64,000 nucleotides of DNA, from positions 234,395-298,394 of the forward strand of contig JAHDEJ010000001.1 in assembly GCA_020628865.1 (NCBI GenBank). Reading direction: 5' to 3'. This DNA comes from Acidimicrobiales bacterium (GTDB taxonomy: Bacteria; Actinomycetota; Acidimicrobiia; Acidimicrobiales; SHLQ01). Below the pieces are notes generated by a model, which saw nothing but the letters and a program-made list of their open reading frames with translations, did not search any database and was not told the origin of the DNA. Made by a program: the position numbers and the translations under genes. Shown in pieces: positions 26,570 through 36,106 of this stretch (positions are counted from its first letter, which is position 1; each line of letters opens with the position of its first letter).

Positions 26570-26627
26570 GGGTGAAAGTGAGACGCGACCCCGTCACCCG
26601 GGATGGGTGAAAGTGAGACGCGACCCC
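26570..26627. repeat. Tandem direct repeat: 23-bp unit GGGTGAAAGTGAGACGCGACCCC x2 (26570-26592, 26605-26627), period 35 bp
   Basis: The two copies are identical by direct reading. Each is followed by (G/T)TCACC, which can pair with the GGTGA at the start of the unit. Confidence 0.8.
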
Positions 26628-26727
26628 TTCACCGACCCGGTTCGCCCGAAGCCCCAGCCGACGGGGCGTTTTCGGAGCGAAGCGGAGAAAAGGCCAAGAG
26701 TGACGAGGCCGCTAGGCCGAGGAACGC

Positions 26728-27939
26728 CTAGCACTGCACGGGCGAGCGGGCCTCGACGAGATCGAGGTAGACCCGGCGAAGCCGGCCGGCGAGGCCGGAC
26801 CACGGGTACCGGCCGGCGGCCATGGCCGCGGCGGCGCCGAGTTCGGCGGCGTGCACTGGATCCTCGAGGATGCGGGCGATCCGGTCGGCGTAGGCGGTCG
26901 GATCCCGCTCTTCGAGGAGGTAGCCGGTCACCCCGTCGTCGACCAGGGTGCGGAGGCCGCCGACGGCGGCGGCCACCACGGGTCGTCCGCAGGCGGCCGC
27001 TTCGAGCGCGACCAGACCGAAGGATTCGCTCCTTGACGGCATGACGACGACGTCGGCGGCGCGGTAGTAGGTGGAGAGCGCGTAGTGGGGCTGTGGCGGG
27101 ACGAACAGGACACGATCACTGAGTCCGAGGTTCTCGATCAGCGCTTCGATGCGCATGACTTCGTCGCTGCCCTCGAGGCCGCTGGCGCCGCCCACGATCA
27201 TGAGCCGTGTGCGTGGGTCGGGAAGCTCTGCGAGCGCTTGGACGGCGATGTCGACGCCCTTGAGGGGCTGGATTCGACCGACGAACAAAAGCAGCGGACC
27301 GTCTTCGATGTCGATGGCTTCACGGGCGCCGGCCTTCGAGCCGGGGCGGAACAGCGCTCGGTCGACACCGGGGGCGATGATCTCGATTCGGTCCGGGTCC
27401 GCACCGTAGAGCTCGATGAGTTGCCGACGCTCCTCCGCCGCATTGGCGACGAGCACGTCGGAGCAGCCGACGACGTGCACCTCGGCGTCGACGCGGCGCT
27501 GCGGTTCCCGGTCGCCCATCTCGGCCTTGACTCTGGCGAGCGTGTGGAACGTGGTGACGAGCGGAAGTGCCATCGGGTGTTTGAGCTGATGGCCGACCAC
27601 GCCGGAGAGCCAGTAGTTCGCGTGGAGGACGTCGACAGGGTGCTGTTCGAGCCAGTTCCGAACCCAGTCGGTGAACTCGTCGACGATCGCCGGCAGCTCC
27701 TCTTTTGACATGTCCACCGGACCGGCCGGCACATGCACGACCCGGAAACCGGGCTCGACCTCCACGACCGGATCGAGCTCGTCGGACCAGCGGCGGACGA
27801 ACACATCGCACTGCACCCCGGCCTGGGTCAGCGAGCTCACGAACTCGCGGATGTAGACGTTCATTCCGCCGCTGTCGCCCGAACCCGCCTGCGTCAGCGG
27901 GGACGTGTGCAGCGAGATGATGCCCGCACGAAGAGTCAC
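26728..27939 (-). CDS. mshA: D-inositol-3-phosphate glycosyltransferase (mycothiol biosynthesis)
   Basis: ISLHTSPLTQAGSGDSGGMNVYI is the MshA signature N-terminus, and the C-terminus is GT4-type (ESFGLVALEAAACGRPVV). The GTG start at 27939 overlaps the upstream stop (GTGA). Confidence 0.9.
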   Translation of the reverse strand: MTLRAGIISLHTSPLTQAGSGDSGGMNVYIREFVSSLTQAGVQCDVFVRRWSDELDPVVEVEPGFRVVHVPAGPVDMSKEELPAIVDEFTDWVRNWLEQHPVDVLHANYWLSGVVGHQLKHPMALPLVTTFHTLARVKAEMGDREPQRRVDAEVHVVGCSDVLVANAAEERRQLIELYGADPDRIEIIAPGVDRALFRPGSKAGAREAIDIEDGPLLLFVGRIQPLKGVDIAVQALAELPDPRTRLMIVGGASGLEGSDEVMRIEALIENLGLSDRVLFVPPQPHYALSTYYRAADVVVMPSRSESFGLVALEAAACGRPVVAAAVGGLRTLVDDGVTGYLLEERDPTAYADRIARILEDPVHAAELGAAAAMAAGRYPWSGLAGRLRRVYLDLVEARSPVQC

Positions 27940-28817
27940 CCGAGCCGACGCCTCGTGACCTCGAAGAGGGCCACCGTGGCCGCAGAGGCCACGTTCAGCG
28001 AGGCGACCGTGCCTTGCATCGGGATGGACACCAGGGCGTCGCAGCGTTCCCGGGTGAGCCGGGAAAGGCCCGGGCCTTCCGCCCCGAGCACCATGCACAG
28101 CGGCTGGTCGGCGAGCTCCAACCCGAAGATCGAGCGGGGACCGGCTTCGTCGAGCCCGACGACCCAGACGTCTCGTTCCTTGAGTGAGGTGATCGCCGCG
28201 GGAACACCGGGGACCGTGGCGATGGGCACGTGCTCGACGGCGCCAGCGGCGGTTTTGGTCACGGTGGCCGTGATGCGAGCGGACCGATGCTTCGGCAACA
28301 CGATGCCCGTGACGCCGGCGGCGTCGGCCGACCGGAAGATGGCGCCGAGGTTGTGCGGGTCGGTGACGCCGTCGACCATCACCAGGAAAGGTGCAACGAC
28401 ATCGTCGATCAGATCTTCGACATCGATCGTCTCGAGCGGGTCCGCCTCGGCGAGCACGCCCTGGGCCGACTCGGTGTGGGACAGCGCATCGAACGCACCC
28501 TTGCCGACCTCACGCACCGGCACCCGGTTCTCCTCGGCGAGTTCGACGATGTCTTCGATGATCGGAGCCGAGTCGAGACCGACGGACAGCACCACCTCAC
28601 GGGTGCGACGCGTTCCGGCAAGCAGCAGCTCGCGGACAGCGTGACGTCCTTCGACCCGATCGCCGCCGGGTCCACCGGCTCGGCGTCCTTCGCCCGCGCT
28701 TCCCACACGTTCCGGCTTCTGGTTGCGTGGATTCGCTCGGGGAGCGCCCTTGTTCGGCCGATTCGGGCGCGCGCCCTGGCGGGACTTCCCACCACGTGCG
28801 CCCCGCTGCCGTGCCAT
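27936..28817 (-). CDS. rlmB: TrmH-family 23S rRNA 2'-O-methyltransferase (RlmB-like) with basic N-terminal tail
   Basis: VEGRHAVRELL, DGVTDPHNLGAIFRSADAAG, and LGAEGPGLSR...IPMQGTVASLNVASAATVALFE (SpoU knot motifs). ATG at 28817. The 680-aa track ORF upstream of this start is a shadow over the RTX gene. Confidence 0.85.
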   Translation of the reverse strand: MARQRGARGGKSRQGARPNRPNKGAPRANPRNQKPERVGSAGEGRRAGGPGGDRVEGRHAVRELLLAGTRRTREVVLSVGLDSAPIIEDIVELAEENRVPVREVGKGAFDALSHTESAQGVLAEADPLETIDVEDLIDDVVAPFLVMVDGVTDPHNLGAIFRSADAAGVTGIVLPKHRSARITATVTKTAAGAVEHVPIATVPGVPAAITSLKERDVWVVGLDEAGPRSIFGLELADQPLCMVLGAEGPGLSRLTRERCDALVSIPMQGTVASLNVASAATVALFEVTRRRLG

Positions 28818-29902
28818 CAGTTCGTCAGGCTCACGTTCCAGGTGCCCTCGTCCGAGATCACCTGAACGAGTTGCACGCCGGACTTGGTCACGGCCGTGGC
28901 GGTGAACGGCGGCGTCGCGCCGAAGCGGACCTCGTTGATGGCCAGATCCCGACCTTCGGACGGCGAGACCGCGACGACGCTGAACTGGCCGTCGCCGGTC
29001 CACTCCGCCGTAGCCGTCACCAGACCGCCCAGCGGGTTGTTGATGAGGTAGACGTGGTTGCCCTGGCCGGCGACGACGTTCTTGCCGACGTCGACGCCGG
29101 ACTTGTCCACGAACACGATGCTCCACGATCCGCCGCCGCTGTCGACCTCGATCGCCTGCGGGCGCTCGCTGAACAGGAAGACACCGCCGTACGTGTCGCC
29201 GACGTTGCCGTAGCTGGCGATCTGCTCGCCATCGCTGTTGAACGCGTGGATGTTCAGGGCGTCGAACGTGCCGGCGCCATCGAGACGGACACGGGCGACG
29301 TAGAAGTCGTCGCAGCGGTCCGAGAAGGCGAAACAGTGCCGGGTGACGACGTGCGAGTTGCGCAGATTCGGGGTGACGACCGCGTCGCCGGATCCGCTGC
29401 GGATCCGGAAGTTGCCGCCCTCGCAGTCGACCGGAAGGTTGTCGGCGGTGTCGAGCGTGCAGGTGTCGTCGCCATCCCGGCCGTCGAGTCGGTCCCGGCT
29501 GGAGCCGCCGATGAGCACATCGTCGGCCGGTCCACCGATGAGCCGGTCGAATCCGTTTCCACCGTCGATGCGGTCGACGCCGTTGCCACCGTCGATTCGG
29601 TCGTTGCCGCCCTCGCCGAAGATCGTGTCGGCACCGCTCTGACCCCAGATGCGGTCGCGGCCGCGACCGCCGCAGATGATGTCGGCGCCGCGACCGGCAC
29701 GAATGCGGTCGTTGCCGCCGAGACCGACGATCACGTCCGCCCCGGTCGTGCCGGTGAGGATGTCGTCCCCTTCCGTGCCGACGATCGTTGCGGGTCTTCC
29801 GTTGCACGTGGGGGTCGCCTGAGCCCCGACGGCCGTGGGAACCACGACTGCGGAAAACGCTGCGAGCGCCGCCAGCAGAGCGAGGAGGTGTCGGATATTC
29901 AT
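28817..29902 (-). CDS. Secreted calcium-binding RTX-type repeat protein
   Basis: Signal peptide MNIRHLLALLAALAAFSAVVVPTAVGAQA. Nonapeptide repeats GTEGDDIL, GLGGNDRI, GGRGRDRI, GEGGNDRI, GGNGVDRI and GGNGFDRL. Confidence 0.75.
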   Translation of the reverse strand: MNIRHLLALLAALAAFSAVVVPTAVGAQATPTCNGRPATIVGTEGDDILTGTTGADVIVGLGGNDRIRAGRGADIICGGRGRDRIWGQSGADTIFGEGGNDRIDGGNGVDRIDGGNGFDRLIGGPADDVLIGGSSRDRLDGRDGDDTCTLDTADNLPVDCEGGNFRIRSGSGDAVVTPNLRNSHVVTRHCFAFSDRCDDFYVARVRLDGAGTFDALNIHAFNSDGEQIASYGNVGDTYGGVFLFSERPQAIEVDSGGGSWSIVFVDKSGVDVGKNVVAGQGNHVYLINNPLGGLVTATAEWTGDGQFSVVAVSPSEGRDLAINEVRFGATPPFTATAVTKSGVQLVQVISDEGTWNVSLTN

Positions 29903-30018
29903 ATCGGCCCTTCAGGGAACGCCGTGGACAACCTAGAAACGGTACCGACACCGCTCCAGCGTCGACAATGCGGCGCAACTTGTGTCACACCGGGCAAAAA
30001 CCCACCGTTGCGTCCCGG

Positions 30019-30654
30019 TCAGTCCGGGAGTCGGAGCTTCCGGAGGAAGAAGTCGACGAACCATCCGACCGATCCGGCCATCCAGACGGTGCCGAGGCCG
30101 ACGTCGCCGCCGAGCAACCAGCCCACCAACAACGCCGTGAACTCGATGAGCGTGCGCGCCAGCCAGACTGGCAACCCTCGCCGTTCCAACGCGGTCATCA
30201 ACCCGTCCCGCGGGCCGGGGCCGAGTCCGGCACCGATGTAGAGGCCGGACCCGAGGCCGATCAACGCCGGCGAGACCGCCAGCGCAGCCACCCGGAGCGG
30301 CATGGACGTGAGGTCAGGGATGATCCACAGGACGAGGTCGACCACGAATCCGATGATCGCCACGTTGAGCAACGTGCCGATGCCCATCGGCTCCCGGAGG
30401 AACGGAAAAGCGAACAGCAGAACGACTCCGGTGAGCACCGTTGCGGTACCGATGGTCAGCGGTGTTCGTTCGGCGACGCCCCCATGGAAGACGGTCCACG
30501 GATTCACGCCGAGCGCAGCCTCGACCGACAGCGCGAGCGCAATCCCGAAGAACGGCAGTCCGATGAGGACCTGACGGATACGTTGCGCTCGGGGTTCTCG
30601 TACTCGGTAGAAGTGGAAAGGGCCGATGGAGAATGTCGCCGAATCGGGGATCAT
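30019..30654 (-). CDS. YczE/YitT-like integral membrane protein
   Basis: Multiple TM helices and GLGPGPRDGLM, typical of the YczE family. ATG 30654 overlaps the ispF stop (ATGA). Confidence 0.55.
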   Translation of the reverse strand: MIPDSATFSIGPFHFYRVREPRAQRIRQVLIGLPFFGIALALSVEAALGVNPWTVFHGGVAERTPLTIGTATVLTGVVLLFAFPFLREPMGIGTLLNVAIIGFVVDLVLWIIPDLTSMPLRVAALAVSPALIGLGSGLYIGAGLGPGPRDGLMTALERRGLPVWLARTLIEFTALLVGWLLGGDVGLGTVWMAGSVGWFVDFFLRKLRLPD

Positions 30655-31139
30655 TGAGGGCGGGCCACCAGGGCGACGGCCCAACAGGCGATTCCGTCTC
30701 CCCGACCGAGCGCACCGATGCCTTCGGGTCGCTTGCCCTTGATGGTGACCGGGGCTCCGACAGCCTCGGTCAGCCGTTCCTGCATGGCTTCGCGCACGGG
30801 TGCGAGCTTCGGCGCGTCGAGCACTACAGAACAGTCGGCGTTGAGTGGCGTCCATCCGGCGTCACGGACGCCGCGCATCGCCGCCCGCAGAAGCTCGATG
30901 CTGTCGGCACCCTGGAGCGCCGGGTCGGTGTCCGGGAAGTGCGATCCGATGTCGCCGAGCCCGGCGGCGCCGAGGAACGCATCCGTCACGGCATGCGCGA
31001 TCACGTCTGCATCGCTGTGACCGGCGAGGCCGGGTCCGGGGAACGCCACACCGGCCAACATCATCGGACGATCGGGATCCGTGGAGAACGGATGGATGTC
31101 GAATCCCTGGCCCACTCGAATCGCAGGAAAGTCAGGCAT
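30651..31139 (-). CDS. ispF: 2-C-methyl-D-erythritol 2,4-cyclodiphosphate synthase
   Basis: IRVGQGFDIHPF...GHSDADVIAHAVTDAFLGAAGLGDIGSHFPDTDP. Confidence 0.93.
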   Translation of the reverse strand: MPDFPAIRVGQGFDIHPFSTDPDRPMMLAGVAFPGPGLAGHSDADVIAHAVTDAFLGAAGLGDIGSHFPDTDPALQGADSIELLRAAMRGVRDAGWTPLNADCSVVLDAPKLAPVREAMQERLTEAVGAPVTIKGKRPEGIGALGRGDGIACWAVALVARPQ

Positions 31140-31791
31140 GTTCTGCTCCTTCAGCTGCGTCGAGCATGGCGCCGGCCGTGAGCAGATCCACCGGATCCGT
31201 GATCTTTCGGTTGGCCGCCTCGCCCGGAACCACGACGACGGAACCACCGGCACGCTCGACCAGCGTTGCATCATCCGTGGCTTCGGCGGCACCGCGGTGC
31301 GCCGCACGGAGCTGATCGGCGGGAAAACCCTGTGGGGTCTGGACGGCCAGCAGCTCGTCCCGGTCGATCACACCGCCGCTACGCCGCCGGATCGTGTCGG
31401 CCACGGCCACCCCGGGGACGACGGCGTCGGCGCCGGCACGAACCGCGTCGATCACCGATCGGAACAGGGCCGCAGATGCCAACGGACGGGCAGCATCGTG
31501 CACCAGGATGACCCCGCAATCGTCGTCGATGACGGCGAGCCCGGCCCGAACCGACTCGGCCCGACTCGCACCGCCGGCCACGACGTGCACGATGGTGTCG
31601 GAGGGTGCGACGATCTCGGTCGACTCGACCGCATCGGCCGGGACGACCACGACGACACCGGTCGAGCAGGCTCCTGCGGCATCGACAGATCGTTGCAGAA
31701 CAGAGATTCCGCGGAGATCGGCGAATTGTTTGCGCATTCCGAACCGCAGACCCGAGCCACCTGCCACAACGATGGTCCAGACGGAATCCAT
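31132..31791 (-). CDS. ispD: 2-C-methyl-D-erythritol 4-phosphate cytidylyltransferase
   Basis: VVAGGSGLRFG...KQF, and VLVHDAARP. The gene overlaps the ispF start by 8 nt. Alternative start at 31827. Confidence 0.88.
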   Translation of the reverse strand: MDSVWTIVVAGGSGLRFGMRKQFADLRGISVLQRSVDAAGACSTGVVVVVPADAVESTEIVAPSDTIVHVVAGGASRAESVRAGLAVIDDDCGVILVHDAARPLASAALFRSVIDAVRAGADAVVPGVAVADTIRRRSGGVIDRDELLAVQTPQGFPADQLRAAHRGAAEATDDATLVERAGGSVVVVPGEAANRKITDPVDLLTAGAMLDAAEGAEHA

Positions 31792-31848
31792 GCCGATTGC
31801 CGACGAACCTGCAGGATGGTGGCTCATGTCACTATCATCGCCTATGTC

Positions 31849-32508
31849 ATGGTTGATTCCTCACTCCTCTCCTCCGTCGATCTCTTCCGGGACGTCGACC
31901 CCGAATACATCGCCGAACTGAGCGCAGCAGCGACCGAGCGCTCGCTCTGGCGGGGCGATGTCCTCTTTGCCGAGGGGCAGGAGCCGGATGCGCTCTACAT
32001 CGTGACGAGTGGACGAATCGCCATCGCCAACAAGTCGATCGACGGGCGGGAGTCCGTCGTGGCGCTCATGGAAGAGGGCGACCTCTTCGGCGAGATGGGC
32101 CTGTTCGACGGACTCGGTCGCTCTGCCGAAGCCCGTGCGCTCGAACCGTCCAAGGTGGCCGAGATCCCCTACGACCCCGTACGCCGCACCTACGAGGCCC
32201 ACCCGGAACTGCTCTGGCGCGTCGTCGACATGCTCGCGCGGCGTCTCCGTTCCATGGATGAGGCCCTCGCCGACTCCGTCTTCCTCGACGTCACCGGCCG
32301 CACCGCCAAGCGCCTGCTCGAACTCGCCGGCGATGCCGACGAGTTCACCCTGCCGATCACGCAAGAGGAACTGTCCGGCATGGTTGGCGCCTCCCGTGAG
32401 CGAGTCAACAAGGCCATCAGCGCCTTCATCCGACTCGGCTGGCTCAGCCAGACCGACCGCCGCTACACCATCACCAACCGCAAGCAGCTCGAAATCCGTT
32501 CGAGGTAG
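31849..32508 (+). CDS. crp: Crp/Fnr-family cAMP-receptor-type transcriptional regulator
   Basis: cNMP-binding domain (GDLFGEMGLFDG..RSAEARA) and C-terminal HTH (TQEELSGMVGASRERVNKAISAF). Confidence 0.88.
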   Translation: MVDSSLLSSVDLFRDVDPEYIAELSAAATERSLWRGDVLFAEGQEPDALYIVTSGRIAIANKSIDGRESVVALMEEGDLFGEMGLFDGLGRSAEARALEPSKVAEIPYDPVRRTYEAHPELLWRVVDMLARRLRSMDEALADSVFLDVTGRTAKRLLELAGDADEFTLPITQEELSGMVGASRERVNKAISAFIRLGWLSQTDRRYTITNRKQLEIRSR

Positions 32509-32626
32509 TTGGGAACCCTTCGGGTTCCTGCGAGTTCGACTTCGGACGCGCCGAGGCCGACGTCGGACCCAGCCGCAGTGGACTGACCCCAACGCCGGCC
32601 TGGCGTGGTTGAGCGGTCTGGAAGAC

Positions 32627-35158
32627 TCAGTGAGAGATGGCGTCGAGGACGTTGAGCTTTCCTGCCCGCCGGGCCGGGAGGAACCCGGCGAGCAGGCCGG
32701 CGGCCGAGGCCACCAGGACCAGCACGCCGATCGACGTCCACGGAACCGCAAGGTTCGACAGGAACTCGTCCGGAGTGGCCGTGACCACGAGGATGCCGAA
32801 GACGATGCCGACGGCGGCCCCGAGCAGTGCACCGACACCGGAGACGATGGCGGCCTCCCAGCCCACCATGCGATGCATCTGGCTGCGAGTCATGCCGACG
32901 GCCCGCAGGAGTCCGAGCTCCCGAGTCCGTTCGAAGATCGACAGCGCCATCGTGTTCACGATGCCGATGAAGGCGATGAGGATGGCCAGACCGAGGAAGC
33001 CGCTCAGAACCTGGAGGAGGAAATCGACCTGGCCGCTGATGCTCTCGCGGTAGTCGCTGGCCGACTGCGCATCGAGCTGCGGGTAGGCCGACGAGAGGTC
33101 GGCGAAGAAGGCGTCGGCCTGCTCCGTGGTCGAGCCCTCGGCAATTGATGCGGCGACCCAGTCGTAGTTGACCTGTTCACCGATCGTGTCGTAGCGGCTC
33201 TCGGTGACGACGGCGCCCTCGAAGATGTTGCCGTCGCTGAAGATCGCAGCGAGTTCGAGGTCGACGATCGAGCCGTCGGCCAGTTCGACCGGGACGTTGT
33301 CGCCCAGCGACAGCCCCCGCTCGTCCACCAGCGTCTCCCGCAGGGCGAACGAGTTGTCGTCGACGTCCGTCCATGCACCGCCGACCAGACCGAGGTCGAG
33401 GACCTGATCGATCGAACCGAGCTCGAGCGTGCCGATCTCGGTGTCGATCCCGCCGATGGAGGTGCCCCAGTAGCGCATGCCCGCAACGTTCGTGAGATGC
33501 GGACTTGCCTCCATTTCGGACAACACCGCGACCGGAACCTCGCCGGACGGGGACGTGGCGAAGGCGGCGTAGTCCGCCTGAACCGTCGTCTCGAGCAGCT
33601 CGTTGAGGTCGGACTTCAACGTCTGGCCGACGACGAACGCCATCGAGACGAGCGAGAGCCCGATCATCAGCGCCGCCGCAGTCGTGGCGGTACGCCGAGG
33701 GTTGCGAGCGGCGTTCTCCTTCGCCAACACGCCGGGACGCCGGTAAATCTTGGCGATCGGCGCACCGAGTGTGCGGGAGATCGGCGCTGCGACCAGTGGG
33801 CTCAACAACGTGATCCCGATGAACAGCGTGGCGGCGCCGACGCCGAGGAGCCCCAGCATGAGGGCGGTGCTGTCGATCCCGCCGAACAGCGCAACACCGG
33901 TGGCGATCGCGCCGGCCAGCGACAGGACGCCGCCCAGGATGAGCGACCGGGTGTTCTCCCGAGGGTCGACCTGGTCGTGCCCGGAGATGGCGGTGATCGG
34001 TGCGGTGAGTCCGGCCTTGCGGGCGGGAACCCAGGCGGATGCCATCGTCACGCCGACACCGACGCCCATGCCGATCAGCGCGGTGGTGAGCGAAATCGGC
34101 TTGTCGAAGTCGGGGAGCTCGGCGCCGACGGCGGCAAGCATCGCTTCCATGCCGTAGGCGAGGCCGAGGCCGACGAGGATGCCGACAGCGGACGCCAGCA
34201 GACCGACGACGAACGCTTCACCGAGCACCGCCCGACGAACCTGCTTCGGTGTCGCACCGACCGCCCGGAGCAGCCCGAGCTCGCGAACCCGCTGGCTCAT
34301 GACGATGTTGAACGTGTTGGCAATGATGAAGATCGAGACGAACAGTGCCACGATCGCAAACGACCGCAGGACCCAGGCGAAGATGTCGATGAACGAGTTG
34401 AACTCTGCCCGCTGTTCTGCGTTCAGATCCGCCGTGTCGAGGGCCGCATACTCGGTTCCGAATTCGCGCTCGATGTCGGTGCGGACGTCGGCCACGGCTC
34501 GGGTTCCGTCGGTGGCGATCACGATGTTGTCGTAGACGCCGGGTTCGCCGAACAGATCCTGGGCGGCATCGATGTGCATCGCCATGAGGGTCGCGCCGTT
34601 GGTCGTGTTGTCGGCGCCGAACCGCAACGTGCCGACCAACTCGGCTTCGGTGATGCCTTCTTCCGTCGGCACGACCAGCTGGTAGGTGTCACCGACGACG
34701 AAGCCGTGTTCTTCGGCCGCCGTCATGTCGATGATCCATTCGCCGGGCGCTTCCGGCGCGCGGCCGGTTTCGATCGAGCTCGGGTTCAGCTGCGGATCGT
34801 CGATCCAGCTGAACATGAACTGGGGTGGCCCCTCGATCGAGATGGTTTCGCCGTCGGGCTTGATGGGCAGCACCGAGCTTTCCCACGCTTCGACGACCGG
34901 CTCGGCGATGCGAACGCCGTCGATGGCGTTGATGCGGTCGAGGTCGGCGGCGACGAGGTCGACGTCGTTGACGGCCGGGCGAACCTCAAGGTCCGTGCCT
35001 TGCACGATCTCGGCGCTGAGATCGCCGAAGCTGTCGCGCAGGCCTTCACTCAGGATGTTCGCGGCGCTGATGAAGCCGACTCCGAGCACGATGGCCAGAG
35101 CGGTGAGGGCGAGGCGGACCTTGTTGGCCGCAACGTTCTTGATGGTGATGTTCCACAT
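32627..35158 (-). CDS. ABC transporter permease, MacB/FtsX type with two FtsX domains
   Basis: N-terminus MWNITIKNVAANKVRLALTALAIVLGVGF and two RELGLLRAVG(A/M)T FtsX signature segments. Start at ATG 35158. Confidence 0.85.
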   Translation of the reverse strand: MWNITIKNVAANKVRLALTALAIVLGVGFISAANILSEGLRDSFGDLSAEIVQGTDLEVRPAVNDVDLVAADLDRINAIDGVRIAEPVVEAWESSVLPIKPDGETISIEGPPQFMFSWIDDPQLNPSSIETGRAPEAPGEWIIDMTAAEEHGFVVGDTYQLVVPTEEGITEAELVGTLRFGADNTTNGATLMAMHIDAAQDLFGEPGVYDNIVIATDGTRAVADVRTDIEREFGTEYAALDTADLNAEQRAEFNSFIDIFAWVLRSFAIVALFVSIFIIANTFNIVMSQRVRELGLLRAVGATPKQVRRAVLGEAFVVGLLASAVGILVGLGLAYGMEAMLAAVGAELPDFDKPISLTTALIGMGVGVGVTMASAWVPARKAGLTAPITAISGHDQVDPRENTRSLILGGVLSLAGAIATGVALFGGIDSTALMLGLLGVGAATLFIGITLLSPLVAAPISRTLGAPIAKIYRRPGVLAKENAARNPRRTATTAAALMIGLSLVSMAFVVGQTLKSDLNELLETTVQADYAAFATSPSGEVPVAVLSEMEASPHLTNVAGMRYWGTSIGGIDTEIGTLELGSIDQVLDLGLVGGAWTDVDDNSFALRETLVDERGLSLGDNVPVELADGSIVDLELAAIFSDGNIFEGAVVTESRYDTIGEQVNYDWVAASIAEGSTTEQADAFFADLSSAYPQLDAQSASDYRESISGQVDFLLQVLSGFLGLAILIAFIGIVNTMALSIFERTRELGLLRAVGMTRSQMHRMVGWEAAIVSGVGALLGAAVGIVFGILVVTATPDEFLSNLAVPWTSIGVLVLVASAAGLLAGFLPARRAGKLNVLDAISH

Positions 35159-35186
35159 GATGGGTCTCCCGTTCCCGTTCGTCTGC

Positions 35187-35942
35187 TCAGCGCTGCGTGG
35201 CGCGGCGGAGCGTGCTGAGGATGGTGTCGGTGTCCGGATCGTGGAGCTCGTCCAGGATCCGGCCGTCGGCCAGAAACAGGACCCGGTCGGCGTAGGCCGC
35301 AGCAACCGGATCGTGGGTGACCATGACGATGGTCTGGTCGTATTCGTTCACCGCACGACGCATGAACGAGAGGATCTCGGCGCCGGTGGTGGAGTCGAGG
35401 TTGCCGGTCGGTTCGTCGGCGAAGACGACCTCGGGCCGTGAAGCGAGTGCTCGAGCCACAGCGACGCGCTGCTGCTGGCCGCCCGAGAGCTCGTTCGGCT
35501 TGTGTTCGAGCCGATCGGCGAGTCCGACCGCCCGGATGACCTCGTCGAGCCAGGCTTCGTCGACGCCGAGTCGACCAAGGTCGAGGGGCAACGTGATGTT
35601 CTCGATCGTGGTGAGGGTGGGCACCAGGTTGAAGGCCTGGAAGACGAACCCGATCTTGGTGCGCCTCAGGAGCGTCAGCTCCTTTTCGTTCATCGTCGAT
35701 AGGTCGGTGTCGCCGATGACGACTCGACCCGACGTGAGCCGGTCGAGCCCGGCGAGGCTGTGCATGAGGGTGGACTTGCCCGAGCCCGACGGGCCCATGA
35801 TTGCCGTGAATTGGCCCTTGGTGAACGTGACGTCCACCTGATCGAGTGCCGTGACCTGCGTGTCACCGGATCCGTAGACCTTCGTTGCACCCTCGGTGCG
35901 AGCCGCCAATTCGGTGAGTACTGGTGTGTCGATGACTGCCAT
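35187..35942 (-). CDS. ABC transporter ATP-binding protein (MacB/LolD-like)
   Basis: Walker A GPSGSGKST, signature LSGGQQQRVAVARAL, Walker B VVFADEPTGNLD. Confidence 0.92.
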   Translation of the reverse strand: MAVIDTPVLTELAARTEGATKVYGSGDTQVTALDQVDVTFTKGQFTAIMGPSGSGKSTLMHSLAGLDRLTSGRVVIGDTDLSTMNEKELTLLRRTKIGFVFQAFNLVPTLTTIENITLPLDLGRLGVDEAWLDEVIRAVGLADRLEHKPNELSGGQQQRVAVARALASRPEVVFADEPTGNLDSTTGAEILSFMRRAVNEYDQTIVMVTHDPVAAAYADRVLFLADGRILDELHDPDTDTILSTLRRATQR

Positions 35943-36106
35943 CGTTCTTCTCCCGTGGTCCACGCCCGCCCCGTGCGAACGTGTCCTTTCACAGTGCAGA
36001 ACGAAGAACGATTCGTCGTCAGCCCCCGGGACGTTTGCCGGGGTCCTCCCCAGGGTGGAGGGCCCTCATCCCAACGTCAGGGTTCTCCCTGAGACGGGTT
36101 GAGGGG

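Noticed and set aside
26651-26672. Plus-strand terminator-like hairpin gcccc-N7-ggggc followed by GTTTT
   Set aside because: No plus-strand gene ends nearby, since both flanking genes are on the minus strand. The stem is only 5 bp. It is kept only as a note within the intergenic-repeat finding.
28818-29978. Upstream 386 codons of the 680-aa minus-strand ORF ending at 27936
   Set aside because: It overlaps, out of frame, the RTX-repeat gene, which has a clean signal peptide and repeats. The real TrmH-family gene starts at ATG 28817.
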